Shown: positions 33,794 through 43,950, counted from the stretch's first letter. The stretch: DNA of 64,000 bases from Alphaproteobacteria bacterium (GCA_965205265.1 CBDBGH010000003.1:2208001-2272000), one strand, 5' to 3'. Numbers and translations: made by a program. The notes: a model not told the origin generated them from the sequence alone.

Positions 33794-35709
33794 CCTGACT
33801 TCGACGGTTGGGCTGACTTCTGACCGATCTCGCGTCTGGAGTTTTCAGTAAAGCCAATGAGTTGGCAGTTGCGGTGCGGTCAAGCTGCGTTGTAGTGCCT
33901 AGTAAATCTTTGAGACTGTCAATGCCTCCGCCACGCGCTACACTCCCCCCATGTTCGTGCGCATCAAGACCTCCCCCAACAGCCCGCGACGCTCGGTCCA
34001 GATCGTCGAGGCCGTGCGCGACGGCGGCAAGGTCCGACAGCGCATCGTCCGCCATGTCGGCGTGGCCATGGACGAGGACGAGCTCGAGCGCCTGAGGCAG
34101 CTCGGCGAGTACGTCAAGGCGAAGCTGGAGGACGAGCGTCAGCCGGCATTGTTTGCGCCCGAGAAGATCGCTGAGCAGGCGATCCGTGTCGGCCGCCGGG
34201 GGGACGGCAAGGAGGAACTCCCGGTCGACCTCAAGCAGCTTGAAGAGGAGCAGCGCCTGATCACAGGCATCCACGAGGTCTATGGCGAGATCTACCGGCT
34301 GCTGGGCCTCGACGCGCTGCTGCCGCGCTCGCGCTACCGGGCCTCCCATGACGCGCTGTTCCATGTGGTGATGGCGCGGGTAGCCAACCCCGACAGCAAG
34401 CGGGGCAGCGTGCGCCGGCTCGAGGAGGACTTCGGCGTGAGTCTTCCGCTCGAGAAGGTCTACCGGATGATGGATCAGCTCGACGCGACGGTGATCGAGC
34501 GACTGCGCACGCGCGTCGGCGAGGCGAGCCGGTCGCTGCTGCCGGAGCCGGTCGCGATCCTCTTCTTCGATTGCACCACGCTCTACTTCGAGACGGCCGC
34601 CGAGGACGAGCTTCGCCAGCACGGCTTCAGCAAGGACGGCAAACACAAGGACTCGCAGGTTCTGCTGGCGCTGATGGTGACGCGCGAAGGGCTGCCGATC
34701 AGCTACGAGGTCTTCCCCGGCGCCACCTACGAGGGACACAGCATGGTCCCGGTCCTGCAGGACATGCAGCGCCGCCACCAGGTGGAGCGCACGGTATGCG
34801 TGGCCGACCGGGGCATGCTGAGCGCCGACAACCTCGACGCCATGGACGCCATCGGCGGCGAGTATGTCGTCGGCGCGCGGCTGCGCAAGCTGCCGCTCGC
34901 GCTGCTGGGGCAGGTTCTCGACCCCGGGACCTATGCCCCGCTGGAGGGCTCACAGGACCGCCGGGTCGGCGAGTGGGAGTACAAGGGCCGTCGCCTGATC
35001 GTCGTCTTCTGCCCCCAGCGCGCACGCAAGGACGCGCACGAGCGCCGCCATCAGGTGGAACGCCTGCTCGACAGGCTGGCCCGCAGCGACAATCCCAGGG
35101 AACTGCTCTCCAATCACGGGGCGAAGCGCTTCATCGCCGTCGAGGGCGACGCACGGCTCACGGTGAACCCGGAGAAGATCGCCGAGGCCGCACGATGGGA
35201 CGGGCTCACCGGCGTCATCACCAATCTGCGCGACGCGCGCGTCACCGAAGTGATGGCTCACTACCAGGGGCTCTGGCAGGTCGAGGAGAGCTTCCGGATC
35301 ACCAAACACGACCTGAAGATACGTCCCATCTGGCACTGGAACCCGGACCGGATCCGCGCTCACATCGCCATCGCCTTCCTGGCCTTCGCCTGCGTTCGAC
35401 ACCTTGCGTACCGCGTCGCCATCCAGAAGCGGCGGATGTCCCCGGAGGTCATCCGCTCCGCCCTCGTCCACCGCCAGTGCTCCCTGCTGCGCTGTCGGCA
35501 ATCGGGCAACCGCTACGTCATCCCCTCGAAGCCGACACCGGCGGCGGAGCAGATTTACGCAACCATGGGGCTGCCCCTGACGATCACCCCGTATCAACTC
35601 GCCTGACCGTCGACGAAGCACGGCTCGAAGAAATGCCGGATGTAGTGCCTAGCCGAAATGAGAACCAGGCAATATCAACTACTTATGCGAATCAACCGTC
35701 GAAGTCAGG
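33794..35709 (+). mobile_element. IS1634-family element copy 3 (1916 bp)
   Basis: Same IRs and ORF as copy 2; 51-bp DR. Confidence 0.95.
33951..35606 (+). CDS. IS1634-family transposase, 551 aa
   Basis: Translation identical to copy 2. Confidence 0.93.
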   Translation: MFVRIKTSPNSPRRSVQIVEAVRDGGKVRQRIVRHVGVAMDEDELERLRQLGEYVKAKLEDERQPALFAPEKIAEQAIRVGRRGDGKEELPVDLKQLEEEQRLITGIHEVYGEIYRLLGLDALLPRSRYRASHDALFHVVMARVANPDSKRGSVRRLEEDFGVSLPLEKVYRMMDQLDATVIERLRTRVGEASRSLLPEPVAILFFDCTTLYFETAAEDELRQHGFSKDGKHKDSQVLLALMVTREGLPISYEVFPGATYEGHSMVPVLQDMQRRHQVERTVCVADRGMLSADNLDAMDAIGGEYVVGARLRKLPLALLGQVLDPGTYAPLEGSQDRRVGEWEYKGRRLIVVFCPQRARKDAHERRHQVERLLDRLARSDNPRELLSNHGAKRFIAVEGDARLTVNPEKIAEAARWDGLTGVITNLRDARVTEVMAHYQGLWQVEESFRITKHDLKIRPIWHWNPDRIRAHIAIAFLAFACVRHLAYRVAIQKRRMSPEVIRSALVHRQCSLLRCRQSGNRYVIPSKPTPAAEQIYATMGLPLTITPYQLA

Positions 35710-35922
35710 AATCCTTCGGCAAACCCGTCATTCCCGCGGTCAACAGCACGTTCCCCGGCGCGTCGGCCCACCGCAGATTGCTTGTGAGCGGCACGCAGAC
35801 TGCCGTGGCCAGCCGGCTTCGATTCAGGGCATCCCCCTGGACGATGACGACCGGCCGCCGGAATCCCGGTCCCGAACCTGCGGGCTCAGGCAATTCGGCC
35901 CAGCACACGTCACCCTGGGAGA

Positions 35923-36159
35923 TCACCATTCGACGCGATCGAACACCTGCCGGCCCGCCGCGTTGAGGAAGGCGTCATCGGCCTCGCCAACCTCGTCGCA
36001 TACGCGGTTCATCGTGTCGGTGATCTCCTCACGCGCATGGCGCGCAAGATATTCGTCGAGCGCCGCCGCATACACTTCGCTTCGCGATTTCCGCTCTTGC
36101 AAAACCAGGCGTTCGGCGCGTTCGAAAATGTCGTCGGGAATCGATACTGCTGTTTTCAT
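35923..36159 (-). CDS. RHH/CopG-type antitoxin of the MazF/PemK toxin (intact)
   Basis: MKTAVSIPDDIF..SRSEVY; overlaps the toxin start; ATAC-N5-GTAT palindrome at 36158-36170. Confidence 0.85.
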   Translation of the reverse strand: MKTAVSIPDDIFERAERLVLQERKSRSEVYAAALDEYLARHAREEITDTMNRVCDEVGEADDAFLNAAGRQVFDRVEW

Positions 36160-36283
36160 ACCGATAGTATAACCGCTTCATCCGGCCGGCGGTCAAATGG
36201 CTCCGCGCATGAAGTTCTCTTCGGCGAGCGGCTGCACTATCCTGCTCCCGGAGGGGCATCGGGGAAGAGAGGGAACGCGGTCC

Positions 36284-37168
36284 ATGGAACTCGGATATGT
36301 CGGCCTCGGCAATATGGGCGGGGCGCTGGCGCGCCGGCTGCTGGTCGGCCGCGGGCTCAGGGCCTTCGACCTGCGCCCGGAGGCCGTGCAGGACATGGCG
36401 GCGGCGGGCGCGCAGCCGGCGCAGAGCCTGGACGCGCTCGGCCGGTCCTGCGATGCGGTGCTGCTCTGCCTGCCGACCTCGAACGAGGTGCGCGAGGCGA
36501 TCTTCGGCGAGGGCGGGCTGGCCGCGGGCATGGCGCCGGGCGGCATCATCGTGGACCAGACGACCGGCGACCCGAGTGCCACCCGCGCCATGGCCGCGGA
36601 ACTGGCGGAGCGCGGGCTGGAGCTGATCGACGCGCCGGTCTCCGGCGGCCCGCACGGCGCGCTCGCCGGCACCATCGCGATCATGGCCGGCGGCACGGAG
36701 GCACAATTCGCCCGCATGCGCGCCACTTTCGAGGCGATCAGCCCGAATGTCTTCCATTGCGGCGATGTCGGCGCGGGCCACGCGATGAAGCTCGTCAACA
36801 ATGTCATCGCCGCGAGCGTGCGCGCCGCCACCTTCGAAGCGGTGGCGATGGGCGTGAAGAACGGCCTCAGCCTCGCCGCCTGCGCCGAGGTGCTGCACAA
36901 GGGCTCCGCGCGCAGCTACACGACGGAATTCACCCTGCCGCGCCTCGTGGACGGGTCCGGCAAGTCCAATTTCGCGCTGGAGCTCATGCTGAAGGACGTG
37001 CGCCTCGCCACCCAGCTCGGCGCGGACAGCGGCGCGCCGATGTTCATGGCCAATGTGGCGCGCAACCTGTTCCAGCAGGCCGTGAACGAGCATGGCGGCG
37101 CCGAAGACGTGAACGCGCTGATCCACACCGTGGAGCGCAACGCCGATGTAAAGGTCGTCGGCGGCTGA
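36284..37168 (+). CDS. Beta-hydroxyacid (3-hydroxyisobutyrate-like) dehydrogenase
   Basis: GYVGLGNMG, DAPVSGG, MKLVNN, MLKDV. Confidence 0.9.
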   Translation: MELGYVGLGNMGGALARRLLVGRGLRAFDLRPEAVQDMAAAGAQPAQSLDALGRSCDAVLLCLPTSNEVREAIFGEGGLAAGMAPGGIIVDQTTGDPSATRAMAAELAERGLELIDAPVSGGPHGALAGTIAIMAGGTEAQFARMRATFEAISPNVFHCGDVGAGHAMKLVNNVIAASVRAATFEAVAMGVKNGLSLAACAEVLHKGSARSYTTEFTLPRLVDGSGKSNFALELMLKDVRLATQLGADSGAPMFMANVARNLFQQAVNEHGGAEDVNALIHTVERNADVKVVGG

Positions 37169-37199
37169 CCCCGGACCGGACAAGGAGAGGAAAACGAGA

Positions 37200-37517
37200 A
37201 TGGCTCTCTACGAATTACGGACCTACACGCTCTATGTCGGCAAGATGGGCGAGGCGGTGGAGGTCTATTCCCAATACGGATGGCCGGCGCTGGAGCCGCA
37301 CAGCGACAAGCTGGTGGGCTATTTCCAGTCCGATGCGGGCGCGCTGAACCAGCTCGTCCATCTCTGGAAGTTCGACGACGACGCCGACCGCCGCCGGCAC
37401 TGGGCGGCGCTCTATGCGGACGATGCCTTCAGGACTTTCGCCGGCAAGATCCGCCCGCTCATCATGTCGCAGCAGAACCAGCTCCTCCTCGCCGCCCCCT
37501 GGGGCCCACACCCCTGA
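37200..37517 (+). CDS. NIPSNAP family protein
   Basis: YELRTY, GALNQLVHLW. Confidence 0.88.
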   Translation: MALYELRTYTLYVGKMGEAVEVYSQYGWPALEPHSDKLVGYFQSDAGALNQLVHLWKFDDDADRRRHWAALYADDAFRTFAGKIRPLIMSQQNQLLLAAPWGPHP

Positions 37518-37625
37518 GGATTGAGAGATAACAGGAGGGACCGTTGTGGCGAGCGGAGAACAGCTAAGCCAGCCTGAAATGACGGCTGCACTTGCCGATC
37601 TGGAAGCCCGGTTATCGAGGAGGCT

Positions 37626-37817
37626 CTATTCGGCCGCGGCGGTCTTCGCCGGACTGACGGTCGCACTGGAATTCTTTCCCTGACCAGTCCGGTGCTCTTC
37701 GCGAAAACGTCTTGTCTCCTCGACAGCGAGGTTCATCGCCTCAGCTTCACTCAAGCCGGACACTTTTCGCGCCCGAGCAGCGATTTCGCGGGAGGAGTTA
37801 ATGTTGTCTCCGCTCAC
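37626..37817 (-). CDS. Short low-GC ORF, possibly an antitoxin remnant
   Basis: GTGA-coupled to the hemB stop; GLSEAEAMNLAVEETRRFR helix. Confidence 0.4.
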   Translation of the reverse strand: MSGDNINSSREIAARARKVSGLSEAEAMNLAVEETRRFREEHRTGQGKNSSATVSPAKTAAAE

Positions 37818-38860
37818 TTCTCATCCAACAGACGGCACGCCTCCATGGCCGCGTAGGTGAGGATGGCGTCGGCGCCGGCGCGCTTGAAGGCCATCAGGCT
37901 CTCCATGAGCACGAGGTCGTAGTCGAGCCAGCCGCGCTCGCCGGCCGCCTTCAGCATCGAATATTCGCCAGAGACATTGTAGGCCACGGTCGGCACGCCG
38001 AAGCGCTCCTTCACCCGGCGGATGACATCCAGATAGGGCAGGCCAGGCTTGACCATCACCATGTCGGCGCCTTCGGCGAGGTCGGCCGCGATTTCGCGGA
38101 GCGCTTCCTCGGTGTTCGCCGGGTCCATCTGGTAGGTCTTCTTGTCGGCCGCGCCGAGCGCGCCGGCGGAGCCGACCGCATCCCGGAAGGGCCCGTAAAA
38201 AGCCGAGGCGTATTTCGCCGAATAGGCGAGGATCGAGGCGTCCTCGCGCCCTGCCGCGTCGAGCGTGTCGCGGATGGCGCCCACGCGCCCGTCCATCATG
38301 TCGGAAGGCGCGATCATGTCGCAGCCAGCCTCGACCTGCACCCGCGCCTGCTCGCAGAGCGCATGCACCGTCTCGTCGTTCAGAATCTGCCCGTCGCGCA
38401 CGATGCCGTCCTGGCCGTGGGTGGTGAACGGGTCGAGCGCCACATCGCACACCACGCCCATCTCCGGCACGGCCGCCTTCACCGCCCGGATCGCCCGGCA
38501 GACGATGTTCTCCGGGTCGAGCGCATGTTCGCCGTCATGCGTCTTCAGCGCCGGATCGACATAGGGGAAGAGCGCTACAGCCGGAATGCCGGCGTCCTGC
38601 GCTTCCCGGACCCGCTCGACCAGCAGCTCCACCGACCAGCGGCACACGCCCGGCATGGAGGGCACAGGCTGCGACACGCCCTCGCCGTCCACCACGAAGA
38701 GCGGCCAGATGAAATCCTGCGGGCCCAGGCGGCTCTCGGCGACCAGGGCGCGCGTCCAACCGGCGCGGCGGTTGCGCCTTGCGCGCAGGCGCGGATACGC
38801 CCCAAGCGGACGCCCCGGCGCGGCATAGCGCGGCAGTTCGGTTTCACGGTCCCTCGGCAT
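37814..38860 (-). CDS. hemB: Porphobilinogen synthase
   Basis: DVALDPFTTHGQDG, PSDMMDGR, FYGPFRDA, MVKPG, AYNVSGEY. Confidence 0.96.
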   Translation of the reverse strand: MPRDRETELPRYAAPGRPLGAYPRLRARRNRRAGWTRALVAESRLGPQDFIWPLFVVDGEGVSQPVPSMPGVCRWSVELLVERVREAQDAGIPAVALFPYVDPALKTHDGEHALDPENIVCRAIRAVKAAVPEMGVVCDVALDPFTTHGQDGIVRDGQILNDETVHALCEQARVQVEAGCDMIAPSDMMDGRVGAIRDTLDAAGREDASILAYSAKYASAFYGPFRDAVGSAGALGAADKKTYQMDPANTEEALREIAADLAEGADMVMVKPGLPYLDVIRRVKERFGVPTVAYNVSGEYSMLKAAGERGWLDYDLVLMESLMAFKRAGADAILTYAAMEACRLLDEK

Positions 38861-39011
38861 GGTCTGCTCCCCCATGCGGCAAGAGCGCCAATACGCCATG
38901 CCCGCCGCCGCCGGTCAACGCTGCGAAAGCGCGCGGCCCGCAGCCGGCGGCTTGACCCCGGCCGGCCCTGCGTTTCATCTTGGCCGTTCCGGCCAGCATG
39001 GGAGGCGCGTC

Positions 39012-39611
39012 ATGTCGGGGCTTCGGACCATCCCCGCGCGGAGCGGCAAGGCGGCGTTCGTGCGCAAGGGGCAGAAGGTGAAGGTCGTCAACACGCATGG
39101 CGAGCAGGTGGTGGACACCTGGGCCTTCGCGCGCCACGACCTGCGCGAGTTCATGTCGATGGAGCACACCCGCGCGACGCTCACCAAGATGCGCCCGGAG
39201 GTCGGCGACGCGCTCTACAGCAATCGCCGCCGGCCGATCCTCACCCTCGTCGAGGACACCTCGCCCGGCGTCCACGACACGCTGATGGCGGCCTGCGACA
39301 ACTACCGCTACGGCCTGCTCGGCTGCACGGAATACCACGACAATTGCACGGACAACCTCGCCGCCGCCCTCTACGAACTCGGCCTGACGCCGCCGGAAAC
39401 GCCCTCGCCGCTCAACCTCTTCATGAACATTCCCTGGGAGGAAGGCGGCGGCCTCGCCTTCGCCGCGCCGGTGACGAAACCGGGCGACCATGTGCTGTTC
39501 GAGGCCAATCTGGATGTCGTCGTCGCCTTCTCCGCCTGTCCGCAGGACATCCTGCCGATCAACGGCGTGGGACGCGAGCCGACGGAAGCTCATTTCGAGA
39601 TTCTGGACTGA
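39012..39611 (+). CDS. DUF1989 / urea carboxylase-associated family protein
   Basis: GEQVVDTWAF, HDTLMAACD, NCTDN, SACPQD. Confidence 0.85.
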   Translation: MSGLRTIPARSGKAAFVRKGQKVKVVNTHGEQVVDTWAFARHDLREFMSMEHTRATLTKMRPEVGDALYSNRRRPILTLVEDTSPGVHDTLMAACDNYRYGLLGCTEYHDNCTDNLAAALYELGLTPPETPSPLNLFMNIPWEEGGGLAFAAPVTKPGDHVLFEANLDVVVAFSACPQDILPINGVGREPTEAHFEILD

Positions 39612-39617
39612 CGCCTT

Positions 39618-40799
39618 TCAATCCAGCTGCAACACCATCGCCTTGAGATAGGCGGATTCGGGCAGCATGGGATGCACCGGATGGTCGGGGGCAGCCCCGG
39701 CCGTGCGCAGCACGCGGCCCGTCCGCCCGGCCTGCGCCAGTCCCCGCGCGACCTCCAGCGCGAACGCCTCCGGCGCCACATTGTGCGAGCAGGAGGCGGC
39801 GAGCAGGAAACCGCCCGGCGCCACCAGACACGCGGCGAGGCGGGCCAGCTTGCGGTAGCCGCGCAACCCCGCGCCCAGGTCCTTGCGCGAGCGCACGAAG
39901 GCCGGCGGGTCGGCGATGACGAGGCCGAAGCTCTCCGGCTCCGCCGCTTCCAGATAGGCAAAGGCATCGGCGCGCTCGGTCCGGACCCGTTCGCCGACGC
40001 CGTTCAGCTCCGCCGCGCGGGCGGCGAGCTCCAGCGCGGGCCGGGATCGGTCCACCATCACGACCTCACGCGCGCCCGCCAGCGCCGCCCTTGCGCCGAA
40101 GCCGCCGAGATAGGCGTAGAGGTCCAGCACCCGCGCGCCGTCGGCGAGGCCCGCCGCGAAGGCGCGGTTGTCGCGCTGGTCGTAGAACCAGCCGGTCTTC
40201 TGCCCGCCGAGCGGGTCGCAGAGGAAACGGCAGCCGCCCTCGACCAGATCGACCGGCCCGGAGACTTCGCCGAAGACGAGCCGGGTCTCCGTCTCCAGCC
40301 CCTCCAGGCCGCGCTGGGCGCTGTCATTGCGGAAGACCAGCGCCTCCGGTTGCAGTGTCTCGCGCAGCGCCTCGACCAGCGGCGCCTCGAGCCGGGCCAT
40401 GCCGGCGCTGTTGAGCTGCGCCACCGCCACGGGGCCGAAGAGATCGACGATAAGGCCGGGCAGCCCGTCCGCCTCGGCATGGACGGCCCGGCACCAGGGC
40501 GCGAGGCCGAGCCGCTGCCTCAGCGCAAGCGCGGCCCGCAGCCGTTCCGCGAGCCACTCCGGACCGATCTCCCGTTCCGGATCCGGGTCGAGGCGGCGGA
40601 CCGCTGCGAGCGCGCGGGGATTGAACACCGCCGCGCCTAGCGCCCGGCCGTCGGCGCTCTCCAAGCGTACCAGCGTTCCGGGCGGCAGTGCGCGCGCCTC
40701 CGCCGACATCGCGATTTCGTTGGCATAGGCCCAAGGGTGCCCCGCCCGGAGGCGCTTCTGCCGGCCGGGCAGGAGCCGGACGACGGGTCGCGGTTCCAT
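39618..40799 (-). CDS. RlmI-like SAM-dependent rRNA methyltransferase
   Basis: GHPWAY, EADGLPGL, GQKTGWFYDQRDNR, DPPAF, YLK. Confidence 0.9.
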   Translation of the reverse strand: MEPRPVVRLLPGRQKRLRAGHPWAYANEIAMSAEARALPPGTLVRLESADGRALGAAVFNPRALAAVRRLDPDPEREIGPEWLAERLRAALALRQRLGLAPWCRAVHAEADGLPGLIVDLFGPVAVAQLNSAGMARLEAPLVEALRETLQPEALVFRNDSAQRGLEGLETETRLVFGEVSGPVDLVEGGCRFLCDPLGGQKTGWFYDQRDNRAFAAGLADGARVLDLYAYLGGFGARAALAGAREVVMVDRSRPALELAARAAELNGVGERVRTERADAFAYLEAAEPESFGLVIADPPAFVRSRKDLGAGLRGYRKLARLAACLVAPGGFLLAASCSHNVAPEAFALEVARGLAQAGRTGRVLRTAGAAPDHPVHPMLPESAYLKAMVLQLD

Positions 40800-40862
40800 A
40801 AGCGGCGAGAGTCCCACATCCCCGCTTGCCGGGCCAGACGCTTTGGGGAATCTTCCGGCGCC

Positions 40863-41708
40863 ATGCTCACCGCCCGTACCCTCCCGGACCTGCGCCGCCT
40901 CGTCAGCGCCTGGCGCCGGGCGGGTTCCAGCATCGGCGTCGTGCCCACTATGGGCGCGCTTCATGCGGGTCATCTGAGCCTCGTTGCAGCAAGCCGGGAG
41001 CGCGCCGACCGCTCCATCGTCACGCTCTTCGTCAACCCGAAGCAGTTCAACGACGCGGCCGACCTCGCCCGCTATCCCCGCACCGAGGAGAGCGACCGCG
41101 AGAAGCTCGCGCCGCTCGGCATCGACCTCCTGTTCGCACCGCCGCCCGAGGCCATGTATCCGGCCGGCTTCGCGACGAACATCTCCGTCTCCGGCATCAC
41201 CGACGGCCTTTGCGGGGTGGACCGGCCGGGCCATTTCGACGGCGTGGCGACGGTCGTATCCAAGCTCCTGATCCAGACGGGCGCGGATTTCGCCTTCTTC
41301 GGCGAGAAGGACTACCAGCAGCTCGCCGCGATCCGCCGCATGGTCCGGGACCTCGACCTTCCCGTCGAGATCGTCGGCTGCCCGACCGTGCGCGACCCGG
41401 ACGGCCTCGCGCTCTCCTCCCGCAACGCCCTCCTCAACGCAGAGGAGCGCGCCTGCGCCCCGGCGCTCCACCGCGCGCTCGTCACGACCGCCGGGCGCTT
41501 GCGGAACGGCGAGGACGCAGCCTGCCTCGCCGATGCCGAGGTCGAAATCGCCGCTGCCGGCTTCTCCTCCATCGATTATGTCGAGCTGCGCGACGCGGAA
41601 GACCTGGCGCCCATGCAGCGCCTCGACCGCCCCGCAAGGCTTCTCGCCGCCGCCCATATCGGCCGCGCCAGGCTGATCGACAACATTCTTGTCGAGCCCG
41701 CTGCCTGA
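40863..41708 (+). CDS. panC: Pantoate--beta-alanine ligase
   Basis: PTMGALHAGH, FVNPKQF, RPGHFDGV, GEKDYQQ, LSSRN, RLIDN. Confidence 0.96.
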   Translation: MLTARTLPDLRRLVSAWRRAGSSIGVVPTMGALHAGHLSLVAASRERADRSIVTLFVNPKQFNDAADLARYPRTEESDREKLAPLGIDLLFAPPPEAMYPAGFATNISVSGITDGLCGVDRPGHFDGVATVVSKLLIQTGADFAFFGEKDYQQLAAIRRMVRDLDLPVEIVGCPTVRDPDGLALSSRNALLNAEERACAPALHRALVTTAGRLRNGEDAACLADAEVEIAAAGFSSIDYVELRDAEDLAPMQRLDRPARLLAAAHIGRARLIDNILVEPAA

Positions 41709-41740
41709 GACTGTCAGAACCGCCGAAATCATCGGGGCGA

Positions 41741-41769
41741 TTGACAAGGTCGCTACAGGTTGCCACCAT
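41741..41769 (+). promoter_or_regulatory. Sigma70-like promoter of the Phd-VapC operon, probably leaderless
   Basis: TTGACA-N17-CACCAT ending 7 nt before the ATG; tandem aggtcgctac/aggttgccac in the spacer. Confidence 0.5.
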
Positions 41770-41776
41770 CCGGCGC

Positions 41777-42076
41777 ATGAGATCGGTTGGCATCAAGGCG
41801 CTGAACAGTCGGCTGAGCGAATATGTGCGCTTGGCGGCTTCCGGCGAGACGGTGCTGGTGACGGACCGCGACCGGGTGGTTGCGGAACTCGGCCCGCCGA
41901 GGGAGACCCGCAGCCCGATCCTCGCCGACGCATTTCTGGCCGATGCGGTGCGCAAGGGCTGGCTGACGCCGCCTCTCACCGTCAATAGAGACGGGAAGCC
42001 GCCGCCGCGGCCGCCTCCCGTCGCCACGCTGGCTGAAATCCTCGACGAACTGGATGCCGACAGAAGCGACCGGTGA
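41777..42076 (+). CDS. Phd/YefM-family antitoxin
   Basis: VGIKALNSRLSEYVRLAASGETVLVTDRDRVVAEL. Confidence 0.88.
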   Translation: MRSVGIKALNSRLSEYVRLAASGETVLVTDRDRVVAELGPPRETRSPILADAFLADAVRKGWLTPPLTVNRDGKPPPRPPPVATLAEILDELDADRSDR

Positions 42077-42474
42077 TCTACCTCGATACGTCCGTGATAC
42101 TGGCGCATCTCATGGCGGAGGATCGCAGCCCGCCGGAGTCGCTTTGGCGCGAGACGCTGACTTCCAGCAGATTGATGGAGGTCGAGACATGGAACCGGCT
42201 GCATGCGCGCGGGCTTGTCGACACACGCGGCGAACACGCCCGCGCATTGATCGCGCAGGTCGCAATGCTGGAACTCATCCAACCGGTAATATTGCGGGCG
42301 CTGGAGCCCTTCCCCGGTCCCCATTTCCCGCGCACGCTCGACGCGCTCCATCTGGCGTCATGCGCCTGGCTTCGCGACAACGGCCGGGCGGTCTTGCTCG
42401 CGAGCTACGACCGCCGGATGACCGCCACGGCCCGCGCGATGGATATCCCCGTTTTCGATCTGGATGCTTCGTGA
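42073..42474 (+). CDS. PIN-domain (VapC) toxin
   Basis: YLDTS, RTLDALHLAS, SYDRR. Confidence 0.9.
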   Translation: MIYLDTSVILAHLMAEDRSPPESLWRETLTSSRLMEVETWNRLHARGLVDTRGEHARALIAQVAMLELIQPVILRALEPFPGPHFPRTLDALHLASCAWLRDNGRAVLLASYDRRMTATARAMDIPVFDLDAS

Positions 42475-42575
42475 CCGCGCCGTCCGGCCGCTTCCCCTCC
42501 CCCGCCTTGTCAAGCTAGGCTGCGCTTCGTAGGAGACGGCCTGGGGGGCCGAAGTTCTGGAGGCGACAGGCAAGG

Positions 42576-43919
42576 ATGAAGATTACCGGTATTCGCACGG
42601 CGACGGCCGACGTGCCGCTGGAGGAGCCCGTCGCCACCGCGATTCATGACGTTCGTTCCATCGGCTATGTGCTGGTCTTCGTCGATACCGATGCGGAGGT
42701 GACGGGAGAGGGCCACCTGTTCTCGATTTCCGCAAAGCATCTGGAGCCGCTGGAGGCGATGGTGGCAGGCCTCGGCGGCTTGCTTGTCGGCGAGGACGCG
42801 CACCGGGTCGAGGGCCTCTGGCACAGGCTCTGGAGCGAGGTGAATTTCTTCGGCCACAAGGGCATCTCGCTGTTCGCGCTCTCGGCGCTCGACATGGCGC
42901 TCTGGGATGCGCGCGGCAAGGCGCTCGGCCAGCCGGTCCATCGCCTGCTCGGCTCCTGCCGCGAGGCCGTGCCGGCCTATCACAGCGGCGGGCTCTGGCT
43001 CTCCCGCTCGCAGGACGAGCTGGTCGCCGAGGCGAAAAAGTTCCTCAGCCAGGGCTTCCGCGCCATGAAGATGCGGCTCGGCAAGCCGCGCTGGCAGGAG
43101 GATGTCGAGCGCGCCGAGGCGATCCGCGACGCCATCGGCCCCGATATCCGGCTGATGGCGGATGCCAATCAGGGCCTCGACGTCACCCATGCGCTCCGGC
43201 TCGGCCGCGCGCTGGAGCCGGTCGGCCTCGACTGGTTCGAAGAGCCCGTGCCGGCCTACGATATCGCCGGTCACGCCACGCTTGCGGCCGCACTCGACAC
43301 GCCCATCGCCACCGGCGAGACCGAATACACCCGCTACGGCTTCCGCCCGCTGATCGAGGCGAAGGCGGCCGATGTGCTGATGCCGGACCTCGGACGCATC
43401 GGCGGCGTCACCGAGTTCATGCGCGTCGGGCATATGGCGCAGGCCTGGGACCTGCCGGTCTCGCCGCATCTCTATTCGGAGCCCTCGTTGCAGCTATGCG
43501 GCGCGCTCCAGAACTGCGCGCCGCTGGAATACATGCCCTGGTCCGCCCCGCTCTTCTCCGAGGCGATCGAATTCGAGGACGGCCGGGCCCGGATTCCCGA
43601 GAGGCCGGGCCTTGGCTTCTCCTTCGACCTCGACGCGCTGGAGCGCTACCGGGTCGGACCTGCCGCCGACAGCGCGGCAAAGCCGGCGCCGAAACGGCCC
43701 GCGCGCCGCGCGGCGGCGAAGAAGGACGAACCGCCCGCGCCGAAGACCGAGGCGAAGGCGGAGCCCAAGCCGCGCGCGGCGCCGAAGGTCGGGGCGAAGG
43801 CGAACGCGAAGGCCGCGCCCGAGCCGGCCCCGGAACCGCCGCCGAAACCGGTTCGCCGGCGGCGGCGCCAGCCGGGCAAGACGCCCTGGTACTTGCGCGG
43901 CGAAGCGGAAAGCGCATAA
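42576..43919 (+). CDS. Mandelate racemase/muconate lactonizing enzyme family, with a Lys/Ala/Pro-rich C-terminal tail
   Basis: DMALWD, KMR, DANQG, WFEEP, TGE, PGLG. Confidence 0.9.
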   Translation: MKITGIRTATADVPLEEPVATAIHDVRSIGYVLVFVDTDAEVTGEGHLFSISAKHLEPLEAMVAGLGGLLVGEDAHRVEGLWHRLWSEVNFFGHKGISLFALSALDMALWDARGKALGQPVHRLLGSCREAVPAYHSGGLWLSRSQDELVAEAKKFLSQGFRAMKMRLGKPRWQEDVERAEAIRDAIGPDIRLMADANQGLDVTHALRLGRALEPVGLDWFEEPVPAYDIAGHATLAAALDTPIATGETEYTRYGFRPLIEAKAADVLMPDLGRIGGVTEFMRVGHMAQAWDLPVSPHLYSEPSLQLCGALQNCAPLEYMPWSAPLFSEAIEFEDGRARIPERPGLGFSFDLDALERYRVGPAADSAAKPAPKRPARRAAAKKDEPPAPKTEAKAEPKPRAAPKVGAKANAKAAPEPAPEPPPKPVRRRRRQPGKTPWYLRGEAESA

Positions 43920-43950
43920 CGGGCAGGCAGGAATTCAGGGAGCAACAGGC

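Larger units (their letters stand above)
31656..35929 (-). pseudogene. MazF/PemK toxin disrupted by two IS1634 copies
   Basis: Removing both IS and one copy of each DR restores 345 nt (114 aa): MVISQGDVCWAEL..RRPVVIVQ..VPLTSN..GLPKDSVANVSQVVALD..DIVLGR*. Confidence 0.92.

Noticed and set aside
31765-35761. Triplicated 31-bp sequence as a CRISPR-like or att repeat
   Set aside because: Fully explained by two overlapping target duplications; no spacers or cas genes.
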